Below are positions 20,929-32,600 of a stretch of DNA of 58,253 nucleotides, one piece after another; position 1 is the stretch's first letter, and each line of letters starts with the position of its first letter. This DNA is from Thraustochytrium aureum (lineage: Eukaryota). The notes beneath the pieces are model-generated. The model did not search any database. It had not been told where the DNA came from and saw only the letters and a list, made by a program, of their open reading frames with translations. Location: NCBI GenBank assembly GCA_012862495.1, contig BLSG01000021.1, positions 13,297-71,549 of the forward strand, given 5' to 3'. Both the position numbers and the translations under genes were made by a program.

Positions 20929-21090
20929 GCAAGACGGCGTTCCACGTCACTTTAGGCTCTACGTGACGAGCGAGCGCGGCGTTTGCGGCAAGACGGCGTT
21001 CCACGTCACTTTAGGCTCTACGTGACGAGCGAGCGCGGCGTTTGCGGCAAGACGGCGTTCCACGTCACTTTAGGCTCTACGTGACGAGCG
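20929..21090. repeat. 59-bp tandem repeat (~2.7 copies) in a divergent promoter region, carrying ACGT-core motifs
   Basis: aagacggcgttccacgtcactttaggctctacgtgacgagc starts at 20931, 20990 and 21049. Confidence 0.9.
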
Positions 21091-21993
21091 GGCGGGCAGG
21101 CCGTTCGTGGCTGCGCGACGCACAGGCAACGAGCGAGGGAGGAGCGGAGCGGCGCGAGAGCCTCGCAGCAGAGCGCCAAGCGGCACGAGCGAGCGAGCGG
21201 GACGCGGTCGTTGTGGCAGAGCAGAGCTNNNNNNNNNNNNNNNNNNNNNNNNNNNNNNNNNNNNNNNNNNNNNNNNNNNNNNNNNNNNNNNNNNNNNNNN
21301 NNNNNNNNNNNNNNNNNNNNNNNNNNNNNNNNNNNNNNNNNNNNNNNNNNNNNNNNNNNNNNNNNNNNNNNNNNNNNNNNNNNNNNNNNNNNNNNNNNNN
21401 NNNNNNNNNNNNNNNNNNNNNNNNNNNNNNNNNNNNNNNNNNNNNNNNNNNNNNNNNNNNNNNNNNNNNNNNNNNNNNNNNNNNNNNNNNNNNNNNNNNN
21501 NNNNNNNNNNNNNNNNNNNNNNNNNNNNNNNNNNNNNNNNNNNNNNNNNNNNNNNNNNNNNNNNNNNNNNNNNNNNNNNNNNNNNNNNNNNNNNNNNNNN
21601 NNNNNNNNNNNNNNNNNNNNNNNNNNNNNNNNNNNNNNNNNNNNNNNNNNNNNNNNNNNNNNNNNNNNNNNNNNNNNNNNNNNNNNNNNNNNNNNNNNNN
21701 NNNNNNNNNNNNNNNNNNNNNNNNNNNNNNNNNNNNNNNNNNNNNNNNNNNNNNNNNNNNNNNNNNNNNNNNNNNNNNNNNNNNNNNNNNNNNNNNNNNN
21801 NNNNNNNNNNNNNNNNNNNNNNNNNNNNNNNNNNNNNNNNNNNNNNNNNNNNNNNNNNNNNNNNNNNNNNNNNNNNNNNNNNNNNNNNNNNNNNNNNNNN
21901 NNNNNNNNNNNNNNNNNNNNNNNNNNNNNNNNNNNNNNNNNNNNNNNNNNNNNNNNNNNNNNNNNNNNNNNNNNNNNNNNNNNNNNNNNNNNN

Positions 21994-23014
21994 CTGCGCT
22001 GTGACGCCAGCGCCCCGCCGCGCCACAGTCACCGTCTCCTCGTTCAAGTTCGAGCCGCTGTCTGTCGAGGTCGCGCAAGGGGATGTAGTTGAGTGGGTGA
22101 TCGACCCTGCCTGCGAAAATAGCTTCTCGCTCAGGGCTGACGACGCCTCGTGGGAGTCTGGCGCGCTCGCGCCTGGCGCTCGGTTCGAGAGGACGTTTGC
22201 TGATGCTGGAAGCTGCTCGTACGGTTGCTCTGAATTCACCATGATGAAGGGGACAGTCAAGGTGGACAAGGCGAGGCAGCCGCAATGTGCGGGGGCTGTA
22301 GGTGCGGAAGCCATGCTGGGTTCTGCTGCTGGGCAAGATACCGTATTGGAGCAACCGCACGCGCTGATGAACGGCGATGCGGCGACGCTCGATGGCGGTG
22401 TAGTGGCCCCCTCTATGGTGGCCGACGAGGATGGCTGGGTCGACGCGCCGCGCAAACGGACAAGTAGGAAGGTCAAAGCGGCCCAAACCAACGATGCGCA
22501 CCCGAGGAACTCGTCCAAGCCCACGAAAGCGGAAAAGCCCAGGCCCAACGACGCCTCCAAGCTATCGAAAGCGAGCAAGTCTAGAGAGGTGGTCGCAAGC
22601 AAGGAGACGAACGCCAGCCGCGCCGTCGTGCGCCCACCGCGCCGCGCCAAGTCGACCAGTCGGGCTCCTCCAGCTCGTGGGCCAGCCAGGCCCGAGCTCG
22701 ACGTGGAAGGCGCACAGTCGCCTCTTCAAGTTCCTGTTCCTGACGCGACTTCGCCGCGAGGCGTCGACAAGCGCCGACGGGGCCGCGACCGAGCCGAGGC
22801 GTCCCATCGCGCCCGGGAACAAAGATCCTCGACGCCCGTGCGCGAACCTCCCTTTCGTGAGGCAAGCGAGGGAATCCAGGGCCTCTGCGCGACTGATAAC
22901 GATGAGAACGGCGTCCAGAGCAAGAGCAGCGGTGCTTTTGACGTGGTCGCGGCGTGGGCGTTTCTAGAGTCCCGCTGGGAAAGGGCGATGGCTCGAGCGG
23001 GGCCGCCCAAGTAG
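21994..23014 (+). CDS. Cupredoxin/plastocyanin-like domain protein with a disordered basic tail; 5' end in gap
   Basis: VTVSSFKFEPLSVEVAQGDVVEW...SGALAPGARFERTFADAGSCSYGCSEFTMMKGTVKV. Confidence 0.7.
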
Positions 23015-23193
23015 CCAACTCTGCTAATTTATTGTATTGGCGGTAGCCTCTCTCTAGAGCTAGCGAGGTCGAGTGCAAGGCCGAGCTTGTAAAGTAGTCC
23101 GATCCGTCCGCTGTGTCTGGCGCATCAGACTCCAGAGCAGCATCCCACTCTGTGCGCCCCTTCCGTTGGAGTTGGCAACCAAGCGAACCCGAC

Positions 23194-23853
23194 TCACCTG
23201 TGGGGTTGCGCTGTGCTCGTGCTTGGAATTGCAGGCAGTGCTTCGTGGCACTTGAGGAAGGGGGCCAAGACGTGAGAGTAGACGAAGAGCGAGCCCCTGT
23301 GCGTCGGGCTCTGGCACCAAATCAGAAACCCGAGCTTGAACGGAAAGTAAAAGGGGCAGATTCGAAGCAAGAACGACCCGAGCAATCCCTCAATCACCTC
23401 CATACTCGCCAAAGTAACCCAGTACACGGTCCAGCGCACCACGTTGTTCTTGTCCCGCTGGCCCAACGTTTGCAAGGTGGCGTGCGCCGGGTAGAAGAAG
23501 CCGACCAGCTCGCACCAGTGCCGCGCCCCCAGCCCGGCCAGCACCGACACCGAGACAACGAGGCCGAGCCAGGACACCATGTCCAGCTTCCGCACGCCCG
23601 TCGCACACTCCAGCTGTTCCAGAATCTCGTACCTCTCAAGCTCCTCCCGCAGCGCCTCGCGCAGGGCGGCGGCCCTCTGTTTCAACGAGGGCTTGCTCAC
23701 CGCCGCCTCCGCCCTGTGCCCACCCGTCATGTACAAACTGGCCGCCTCTTCTGCCGGCCAGGCACCGAGCTGAGCTACAGGCGCATCCGCCGCGTCTGTG
23801 CCGCCCTGGGTCCCCCATTGCGCAGGCGAGGTTGGCTCGCCGGGCGCCTCCAT
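23194..23853 (-). CDS. TB2/DP1/HVA22 (REEP/YOP1) family ER-shaping protein
   Basis: LVGFFYPAHATLQTL...RWTVYWV...PFYFPFKLGFLIWCQSP...GSLFVYSHVLAPF. ATG at 23853. Confidence 0.85.
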   Translation of the reverse strand: MEAPGEPTSPAQWGTQGGTDAADAPVAQLGAWPAEEAASLYMTGGHRAEAAVSKPSLKQRAAALREALREELERYEILEQLECATGVRKLDMVSWLGLVVSVSVLAGLGARHWCELVGFFYPAHATLQTLGQRDKNNVVRWTVYWVTLASMEVIEGLLGSFLLRICPFYFPFKLGFLIWCQSPTHRGSLFVYSHVLAPFLKCHEALPAIPSTSTAQPHR

Positions 23854-24239
23854 CGCTGACCGCCTGCGCGCACTCCAACAGTCAACCGCCTGGACAACGA
23901 ACAACAACATCAACAGCACAACCAGTCTCACGCCAAGTGCAACTCGACGCGCCGAAGAACAACTTGCACGAGCTGACGATCAACCGAGGGCTCGCCGACG
24001 CAGGAACAGCGGAGCCACAGCTGAGGCACTCACTGCTCGCCACCGTCGCCGCCGCTCGAGGTCCCTGCAGCCCTCGATCAACAACAGCCTGCCTGCCACG
24101 CACGCTCCACTTCAAGGAACGACTGCAGACCAGCCCTGCGCGCAGCGCCTGCGCCAGCAGCCTGCTCGAGCGGCGCGAGCGCCAGGCGCGCGGGAAGGAC
24201 AGGGGAAGCTGCAGGAGGACTCGGAAGGAGGAGAACATA

Positions 24240-24356
24240 CCGCCGCCACCGCCACCAGCAGCAGCGGCGGCAGCACCAGCAGCAGCGGCGGCAGCACCAG
24301 CAGCAGCGGCGGCAGCACCAGCACTAGCACCAGCAGCAGTTGGCAGGCTGTTCCAT

Positions 24357-24390
<34 letters not shown>

Positions 24391-24500
24391 GGCAGGCCTG
24401 TTCCATCATCACCAGCAGCAGCAAGTCCACCAGCAGCAGCGGCAGCAGCACTAGCAGGTCCACCACCACCGCCGCCGCCAGCAGCAGCACCATCAGGTCC
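24240..24500. repeat. CAG/CAC-rich compound trinucleotide tract with a 21-bp higher-order unit
   Basis: accagcagcagcggcggcagc x3, (cag)10, and duplicated ggcagg(c)ctgttccatcaccagc. Confidence 0.85.
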
Positions 24501-24744
24501 AACAGCACGGCGTCGTCCTCGTTGGTGGTGTNNNNNNNNNNNNNNNNNNNNNNNNNNNNNNNNNNNNNNNNNNNNNNNNNNNNNNNNNNNNNNNNNNNNN
24601 NNNNNNNNNNNNNNNNNNNNNNNNNNNNNNNNNNNNNNNNNNNNNNNNNNNNNNNNNNNNNNNNNNNNNNNNNNNNNNNNNNNNNNNNNNNNNNNNNNNN
24701 NNNNNNNNNNNNNNNNNNNNNNNNNNNNNNNNNNNNNNNNNNNN

Positions 24745-26554
24745 AGGCAGACGAGGTCCTTGCGTGCGTAGAGCGCTGTCAAGCAGCGGCGAGCAAGGAA
24801 AGGCACCAGTCACTGTACGGCAGGTTGTGAACCACCCGGACACGGCCAGGTGCCTGCAAGGCGCTGTCGTGGTGGCGCAAGAGCTGCTGCGGGCCGCGGC
24901 GAGGAACGGCGGGCCTGGGCAGACGCTCCGCGGGCAAGTTGATGGCGCTCGTCTCGTACTGGATCACTTTTGGGGAAGCGCCGTCGCGCGCGAGGCAGCT
25001 GACGGGGGCCTGGCTGGGGCGAACTCCACGTACGCCCCTCTAGACGAGGCGCTTCTGCAGCGTGGCGAGGCGAGCAGCACGGACAGCGAGGCGCGATCAC
25101 GTGCGCAGTTTGAGGACGTATCGGGCGTCGCCGACTCGGTCGAGTTCCAAGTGGATCCGTCCTTGCAGCGAGAACAGGCCGTTCCCGCATCGCGCGTTGG
25201 ACGCGTCTTCGGATTCGGTCAGCTCGGTCTCGGGCTCGCTGCCGGCACTGTCGGAGAGCTGGTCCGCCGCGGCCTTGGCGGTGCAAGTAATGGTGAAAGC
25301 GCTAAGAGCTCAGCGGGCGGCGCGGCGGACCTCGTTCTTTCGGGAGCCAACTCGGAGCGCATCGCGGCGACCTTGTGCAGGATGCGCGGAGCGGCCTTGA
25401 AACTGGGGCAGATGCTCAGTATCCAAGACGAGACGGTCCTGCCACCGCAACTGAGTGCAGCGCTAGAGCGCGTGCGACAGGGCTCGGACATCATGCCGGC
25501 GTCGCAGCTTGAAGGCGTCTTGTCCCGGGAGCTCGGGCCCCGCTGGAGAGAGCTCTTCTCCTCGTTCAGCGAGCGGCCTTTCGCTGCTGCCTCTCTGGGC
25601 CAGGTGCACCAAGCCGTCCTTAGAGAAGGAAACGTGCCCGTTGCTGTCAAGGTGCAGTTCCCGGGAGTCGCCGACAGCATCGACAGCGACCTGGCCAACC
25701 TTAAGCGGCTTGCTGCGTTGACCGGGATCTTCCCTCGCGGCCTCTTCATCGAGAGAATTGTCGAGGTCATGAAAGAAGAGCTGCGCGAGGAGTGTGACTA
25801 CGAGGCGGAGGCGCGCCACCAGACGCGATTCCGCGAGCTTCTTGCGGACGAGCGCGGCGCCTTTTTCATCCCTCGCGTTATCCCGAGTGCCAGCTCGGCG
25901 CGCGTGCTCACGACCGAACTGGCCCGGGGCTCGCCCATCGACAGAGCCGCTCCCTCGCTTTCTCAGGAAGCGCGCAACGGGGTGGGGCGCAAGCTTTTGC
26001 GGCTGACTCTCAGAGAGCTCTTCGAGTTTCGATACATGCAGACGGATCCGAACTTTAGCAACTACCTCTACGACAGCAAGACGGACCGTGTCGTGCTCCT
26101 CGACTTTGGCGCGACGCGCGAGTTCGGCCGCGAGTTCGTCGACGACTACATCGAGTTGGTCTGGGCCGCAAGCCGCGCAGACCGCTCTGCGATCCTCGAC
26201 TACTCGATTAAGCTGGGCTTTCTCACCGGGTCCGAGTCGCAGGCAATGATAAACGCGCATATCGAGGCCGGTCTCGAGGTCGGCCGTCCATTTCAGCGCC
26301 CTGGCGCTTTTGATTTTAGAGCCTCCCGCCTGGCCAACCAGGTTGGAAAGCACGGCGACACCTTTTTGAACGAGCGGCTCACGCCGCCGCCGCGGGAGGT
26401 CTACTCGTTGCACCGCAAGCTCTCCGGCGCCTACATGACGTGCATCCGAATCGGCGCGGTTTTCCCTTGCCGTGACCTCTTGGAGCAGGCCTACGCGGAC
26501 TATCATGCGGCGAATCGCGGCGCAGCCGCTGGGCGTGCAGCGCGAGCTCGCTAA
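24745..26554 (+). CDS. COQ8: ABC1/UbiB atypical kinase COQ8 (ADCK3/4); start in gap, probable frameshift near 24820
   Basis: VPASRVGRVFGFG, LCRMRGAALKLGQMLSIQD (KxGQ), PFAAASLGQVH, VAVKVQFPGV, MQTDPNFSNY, LLDFGA, RLTPPPREVYSLHRKLSG. Confidence 0.95.
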
Positions 26555-26944
26555 CTGGCACGGGCAAGCGAGGGAGCTCTTCTTTAGCGAGATCTCTCTG
26601 CGAGGTCTCTTTGCGAGATCTGCGGTTGGGATCTACGGTTGAGATCGAGCAAGGGCCCTCGCGAGCCCGCTTGAGCAGCATGCTCTTTTCTCTGCTCCCT
26701 GCTCTCTCTACGAAAGAGCTACAGTAGCTTGAGCTCTAGCTAGAGAGAGCGCTTGGGCGTGACCAGGCAGGCTACTCGCCGCGGCGGGCACCTTGCAGTA
26801 TTTCCAATGAAAAACAATAGGTTGTGCCTGATCATTGATTCTTTCTACTCGGCCCTGCGCGACCGCGAACCGCGGAGCGCGGTTGCAACGCGACGCGTGC
26901 GCGCGTGCAGCGGCTCTCCTTTCCTCCAGCGGCGCTTGAGAGAG

Positions 26945-29301
26945 CTAGTTGATTAGGCTGTCTGTCGAAAAGCGGTCCGCAGAGCTGTTGCGCTGGCTCG
27001 ACTGCGACGATGAGTCGATGAGCCGCGGGTTGCTCCCCAAGAACCGCTGCGCACTGCCGTTCCGAAACGCCGACCCGAGCTTGTCCACAAAGTCAGAGTG
27101 CGAACCCGAAAGCGCCTGCCGCACGCGAAGGCTCTGCTTGCCCCTGTTGGCGTGCTTCCAGAAAAAGTAGTTGTCTTGGACATGGTTGTAAAAGCTCGCC
27201 GTCGCTGGATAAATTTGCATCAGCGTGGAGTACAGCGGTCGGGACACGCCCTCGATGAAACTGAGCTGCATCCGGCTCTCAAAACGGTCCATAAACGCCG
27301 ACACCGGGAGGCCCGCCTCGGACTCCAGCTCGCCTTGGCTCATAAACTCGTCTGCGATCCGAAGCACCCACTTTTTGTACAGCTCGAGGTTGCGCGCAGA
27401 ATTGGCTACATCAGCGCACTTCATCACGAGCTCGAGAACGGTAAAGTGCAAGTCAGAGCCCGTCACGGCCACATCGGGGTGCTCGATTGCATTGTTCAGG
27501 GTCTTGAGAAAGCCTTTGTGGAATGCAAGCGAAGTCGCCAAGACCAGCTTTGTCACCTTCTCCATGATGTCGTTCCGCACCCAGGCCGTCTCGCTCGCAA
27601 GCATGCGCAGTATCAGCGGCTTGGCCGCGGAGACGTGAAACCGCTCCAGTTGTGGCACCTCAAAGGCCAGGATCATGCGGTTGTTGGTCGCAATAAGAAA
27701 GTCTCCTGTCACTCCGGGGTGCCGAAAGTCGTGCACTGCGGCCGCAACGAATAGGCTGAGGAATTCGACCACTTGAAACCGCGACCCGTCCCCGCCGCCG
27801 AACGAGCCAGACCCGGAGCTGTTGCTCGTCCCACTCGACCCCTTACTGCCCCTGCGCACGCCCTTTGCCCCTCGCGATCCCTTGGCGCGGCGCTCCGCCG
27901 CAGTTGTAAAAAGGCGACCGGGCAGCGCGTTCGAGTTTATTGTTCGGAGCAGCACGTGGGTCGCCTGGAGCACGTCTGCAGCATGCAGGCTGTTGTGGTA
28001 CGGGTTCGAGGGGTACCCCAGCTCAACCTTTTGCGCAAACTGGTCGAGCTGCGACTGCGTGATGCGAAAGTGCGCATAAAAGTCGTACTTGACAAACATC
28101 AGCTTGCACAGTGTGTAGAGCGGCATCCCGTGCGAAAACCGCTCGAACTGGAATACATCGAAATCCCACGAGTCCAGCTCGTGCGTGATTCGGAACAACT
28201 CGTCCCCGAGCCCGCGGGACGTGTACCGTGCAAAGAGGCGCTCGAGCGCCTCCGGTGCTGCATAGACAAACATGTGGTGGTCTTGCTCAACCTGCATCGC
28301 GCCGCTCACGAGGCTCGAGCTGGCTGCGGGGGGCGCCATGCGGTTGCCGATTTTCTTCAATCGCATCGACAAGGTGCGGACCAGAACCTTGTTGCCTGAC
28401 TCCGGATCTTTGCTGCCAAAGCCAAGACCCCGCGGCATGGGAGCAACCCGAGACAGCGCGCCGCGGACGCGCAGAAACGAAAACCCAGCCATCGTCTTTG
28501 CAATCCTGCTCTGAGGCGCCCTCGGACCTGCTTTGGCGAGCAATCGCATCGCTGGGCTAGCTTGTTCGGCCTTTGCACTGCGATAGTGCTTTCGCTCTGC
28601 CATGAACGAGGTGGTAGACGACATGGAGTTGCTCAAAAGAGAGGAAGACGACTCCCTGGTGCTAGAATCGCCCCGACGCACGGAGAACGAGCTATCCCGC
28701 ACGTTGGACTTGGACAAGTGGTCATCGGGCGATACGGAGGAGCTTCCGCCGCTGGCTCCAGCGCCCAGGGCACCGAACAATGCCGAGCCCCCGGCCCCCG
28801 CAGCTGTGCTTGAACCAGCAAGGCTCGAGCTTGATGAGATCCTCCCTTGAGCGCGCCTATGTGAAGGGAGAAGCTCAAACAACCGTTGCTCGTGCTCCGC
28901 CTGCGCCTGTTGCTTACTCAACGCGCGCGCTCGAGCTGGTCCATCGAAGATCCACAGGGCAATCGACCGCGGCCAGGCGCATGACGTGAGAGCCTTTTGC
29001 ACCACGCCGACTGGCTTGGAGAGCACCCTAAAAACAGTCGCGGGAAACAGCATGGTTCTGCCCCTTCGTTTGCTGGTCGCGAAACTGTGCCGCATGGAAG
29101 GCGCTCGCTGGAACGTCCTGCTTTTGTTGAAGGTTGAATCGAGCTGCGACAGCGTGTCTCGCATGGCGTCCAGCTGTCGAAGCGAGCCCTCTTCTGGAAG
29201 AGTGGCCGACACGTCCAGCCGCAAATTTTCTTGAAGACGAGCTGGGGAGGCCGCGTCCGCTACGCCGCTACTCAAGCTCAGAGCCGACCCCCAAACCTCC
29301 T
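26945..29301 (-). CDS. Class I 3',5'-cyclic nucleotide phosphodiesterase domain with a long Ser-rich N-terminal linker; frame open into the gap, probably the C-terminal part of the cyclase gene
   Basis: WDFDVF, NPYHNSLHAADV, AAAVHDFRHPG, MKCADVAN, EFMSQGELE and MQLSFI (invariant Gln). The frame reads EVWGSALSLSSGV... from the gap edge with no stop. Confidence 0.9.
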
Positions 29302-29664
29302 NNNNNNNNNNNNNNNNNNNNNNNNNNNNNNNNNNNNNNNNNNNNNNNNNNNNNNNNNNNNNNNNNNNNNNNNNNNNNNNNNNNNNNNNNNNNNNNNNNN
29401 NNNNNNNNNNNNNNNNNNNNNNNNNNNNNNNNNNNNNNNNNNNNNNNNNNNNNNNNNNNNNNNNNNNNNNNNNNNNNNNNNNNNNNNNNNNNNNNNNNNN
29501 NNNNNNNNNNNNNNNNNNNNNNNNNNNNNNNNNNNNNNNNNNNNNNNNNNNNNNNNNNNNNNNNNNNNNNNNNNNNNNNNNNNNNNNNNNNNNNNNNNNN
29601 NNNNNNNNNNNNNNNNNNNNNNNNNNNNNNNNNNNNNNNNNNNNNNNNNNNNNNNNNNNNNNNN

Positions 29665-32600
29665 AACGAAGCTAGCGCCATCATTTTAAGCGCAGACCGC
29701 TCGCCCAGCGAGCCGTCCGTTTCAGCATCAGTCTCGCGCTCGACGATCATGCGCATTTGCTGCGCAGAGAAGAGGTGCAAGCGCCGGCGCTGGGCAAAGG
29801 ACGACCGCGCGTACACCGTGTCACGGGTCAGCAAGCTGCTGAATCGAAAGCACTGGCTCCCCGAGAGGTGGTGCCTGTAGAAGACACCCTCGCCGAGGTT
29901 TTGGTCGTTTTCGCCGTCCTCCCCGAACGCCTCGCCACGAAGGACCGGCACCACCGCGATGCAGTGATTGCCAGCCTGAATTGCGCGCTCTTCCTTTGCT
30001 TGGTGCGCCGGCGGGCGCGGGGCTGCCTCAATCAGGCCGAATCGCTGGAGGCGCTCTATGCGTTTGAGGAAGTTCTTCAGCGCGGCTTCGCTGACCTCGA
30101 GCTGGGCTGCGTGGTACGCCTGCTTGCCGCGCTCAGCGTTGCTTTTAGCCATTTTAAAGGCGCTAGCCATGCTTGCAGCCTCCAAGGACCCAGAGGACGG
30201 CACGGCACAAACTGGATCCTCGGGAATGCGCGACATGTGGAGCTGGGTCGATCCAAGCCCTGCCGTGGACTGGATCTCCTTGCTTGGGAAGATTGCAATC
30301 AGCATGCCGAGGTCAAAGTACGACCCCAGCAGGCCGAGCCCGCGGCAAAGGACGCTTGCGCACTTGAGCAAGACCTGGTCGCCAGGACTGAGCTTGTCCA
30401 CGACTCCTGAAATCGACCGAGTGATGGAAGGCGGCCTGCACGCCTCTAAAAACTTTGGCGACACGAGCTGCGTTTCATTTGGAATGGCTCGAATCGCCGC
30501 CGCAAAGACCTCGTGGTCTTTCGCTGCATACCCAGGGCTGGAGCGTGGCACGTCCGCCGTTGGGGGAACCGCGGGAGCAGCGCCAGGTTGCGCCTTCTCG
30601 TCCCCGCGAACTGCGGACTTGCCGCCGCTGCGCCACTTGCCGGAAGCTCGAAAACTCGAGACGCCCTTGCCACTCCCGAACCCGGCAAAGCCCTTCCCAC
30701 TCCCGGACTTTGCGGCGCCTGTGTTCGATTTGCCTGCGAACGCCACTTCGTCCGCCTCTTCGATTTTGACGATATCGCGCGACGGCACCAAGGTCCTTTC
30801 GCGAACGAGAAGATCGAGTCGCTTCAGGTTCTCGACGCATCTGCGAAGGTGGCCTTGGTTGCCCCGCGTCATCTTCCACAGCGTGCGCAGTACAAGAGAG
30901 GGCACCTCGCTGACGCGCATGGACTGGCAAATGTAAGCCTCCGTGTCGATGATGCTGAGCTTTTTCGACACAATCAGTGCTTTGTTGATGCTGTGCACGA
31001 GACCAAGATAATCGACGTTTGGGGGCTGGAAGCTTGGCTCGAACGGGAGCGAGTGGAATGGCCAGGTAACGACGACCATGAAAAACCCTGAAAACGCGGG
31101 GGCTCCTCCGCCGCAGGCGCTTCCTGACGAGGCATGCGACGCCGGGTTGGCTTCCACGCCAGCAGGCGCGCAGTCGCGCGCAGCTGTCTCAACGTCGACA
31201 GCTTCGCTGGCCCCGTCGTGCTCAGCTTGCACCTCAAAGACATTGGATATGCATCGAGTGAGCTTCCAGTCGAGCGAGCTCATCCACTGTGCGTCGTCGA
31301 GGACTAGCGCAATGGTCCCCACGGCATCCGTGATCTGGCGAATGAGCGCACAGATGTGGTCCAAGAGCTGGTTGAACACCGTCGAGTTTTTCAGAGGCTC
31401 TCCCGGTCCGTGGGCCGCAGAACGCGGAAGCCAGGCTGCGCTAAAGCAGCGTGACATGAGGAGGTCAGGGTGCGCTCCCGGCAAGTCGTGCTTTTTCGCA
31501 ATGTAGTTTAGCGCGAGAATAACCTGGCCCCAGACGTACGCCCCGTTGTGCGTGTATCGTGTGAAAAGGGCCGAGGCACGTACGATCGATACTGGCGCGA
31601 GCCTCTCGTCAAGGTCAAACACCATCTGCGCATTTCGAGCGGCAAGGAGCAGGCCGTCCTGCACACGTGCCGAGCTGTTGGAACCTCCACTTGAGCTACT
31701 CACGTTGTGACCCGCGCCCAAGCGAGGAAGAGCGACGGTTCCGCTCGAGGTCGGGTGCGAGACTAGCGCGTTACCGGAGCTGGATTTTCGTCGCTTGAAG
31801 ATCGTAGCGAGCCTTTTCGCGCTGGAGTGAAGCGAAGCAGCCATGCGGCCTGAGGAAAGGCTTCCACCCCCGTTCCCAGTTCCGTTGCTGGCAGAGCTGT
31901 AGACGTCGTTCTGGCGTTCGAGCGTGGAAAACCGCGAACTCGACCCCATGCGCAGCAGCCTGGCGCGTTGAGCGCGGACGCCGCCCTCCTCGCACTTGAC
32001 CGCGGAGCCAATGACGTGATACCGCGTCGAGTTGAACTCTGTCAACAGGCAGTCCACGAGGCGGTTGACGTATTCAGTCTTCCCAGAATGCGGCTCGCCG
32101 AGGTAGATGACCGTAGAAGGGAACTGGCCCCTCGAATAGAGAAAGTTGTCGAACGCAAAAAGCAGCTCGACGTGCGTTTGATCCCATGGCCCCGAGGCCG
32201 CATGCTGGAACACGGGGTCCTGCAGACTAGCAGGGGGCTTCAGGAAGCGCTCCACGTGGCGCTGTTCGAGGACCTGATACGCGCTCACCCAGCCGGGCTG
32301 AAACACGCGCGTCGGGCTTGACTTGCCCTTCAGCGGGACTTGGTCCAGCTCGTTGAACTGGACCTCGAGAACACCGGAAGCCGCCTCCATGGTGTGCAGG
32401 TCGCAGATAATATTGGAGGTAAACTCGTTTGCGTGCGACGAGCCGGGTCCGACATTTCCCGGCCGAACACGTTTCGCAAGTTGCATTAGCCGCGCGGCTG
32501 TGTTGACGTTGTCGCCAAGGACAGAGTACTCGCGCCGCGTGCCGCTTCCAACCGGGCCGCAGAATGAGGGCCCGGTGGTGACCCCCACGAAACACTCGCA

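Noticed and set aside
16443..21090. Repeat arrays as CRISPR or transposon ends
   Set aside because: The units are head-to-tail with no unique spacers, terminal inverted repeats, transposase or cas genes, and the context is eukaryotic.
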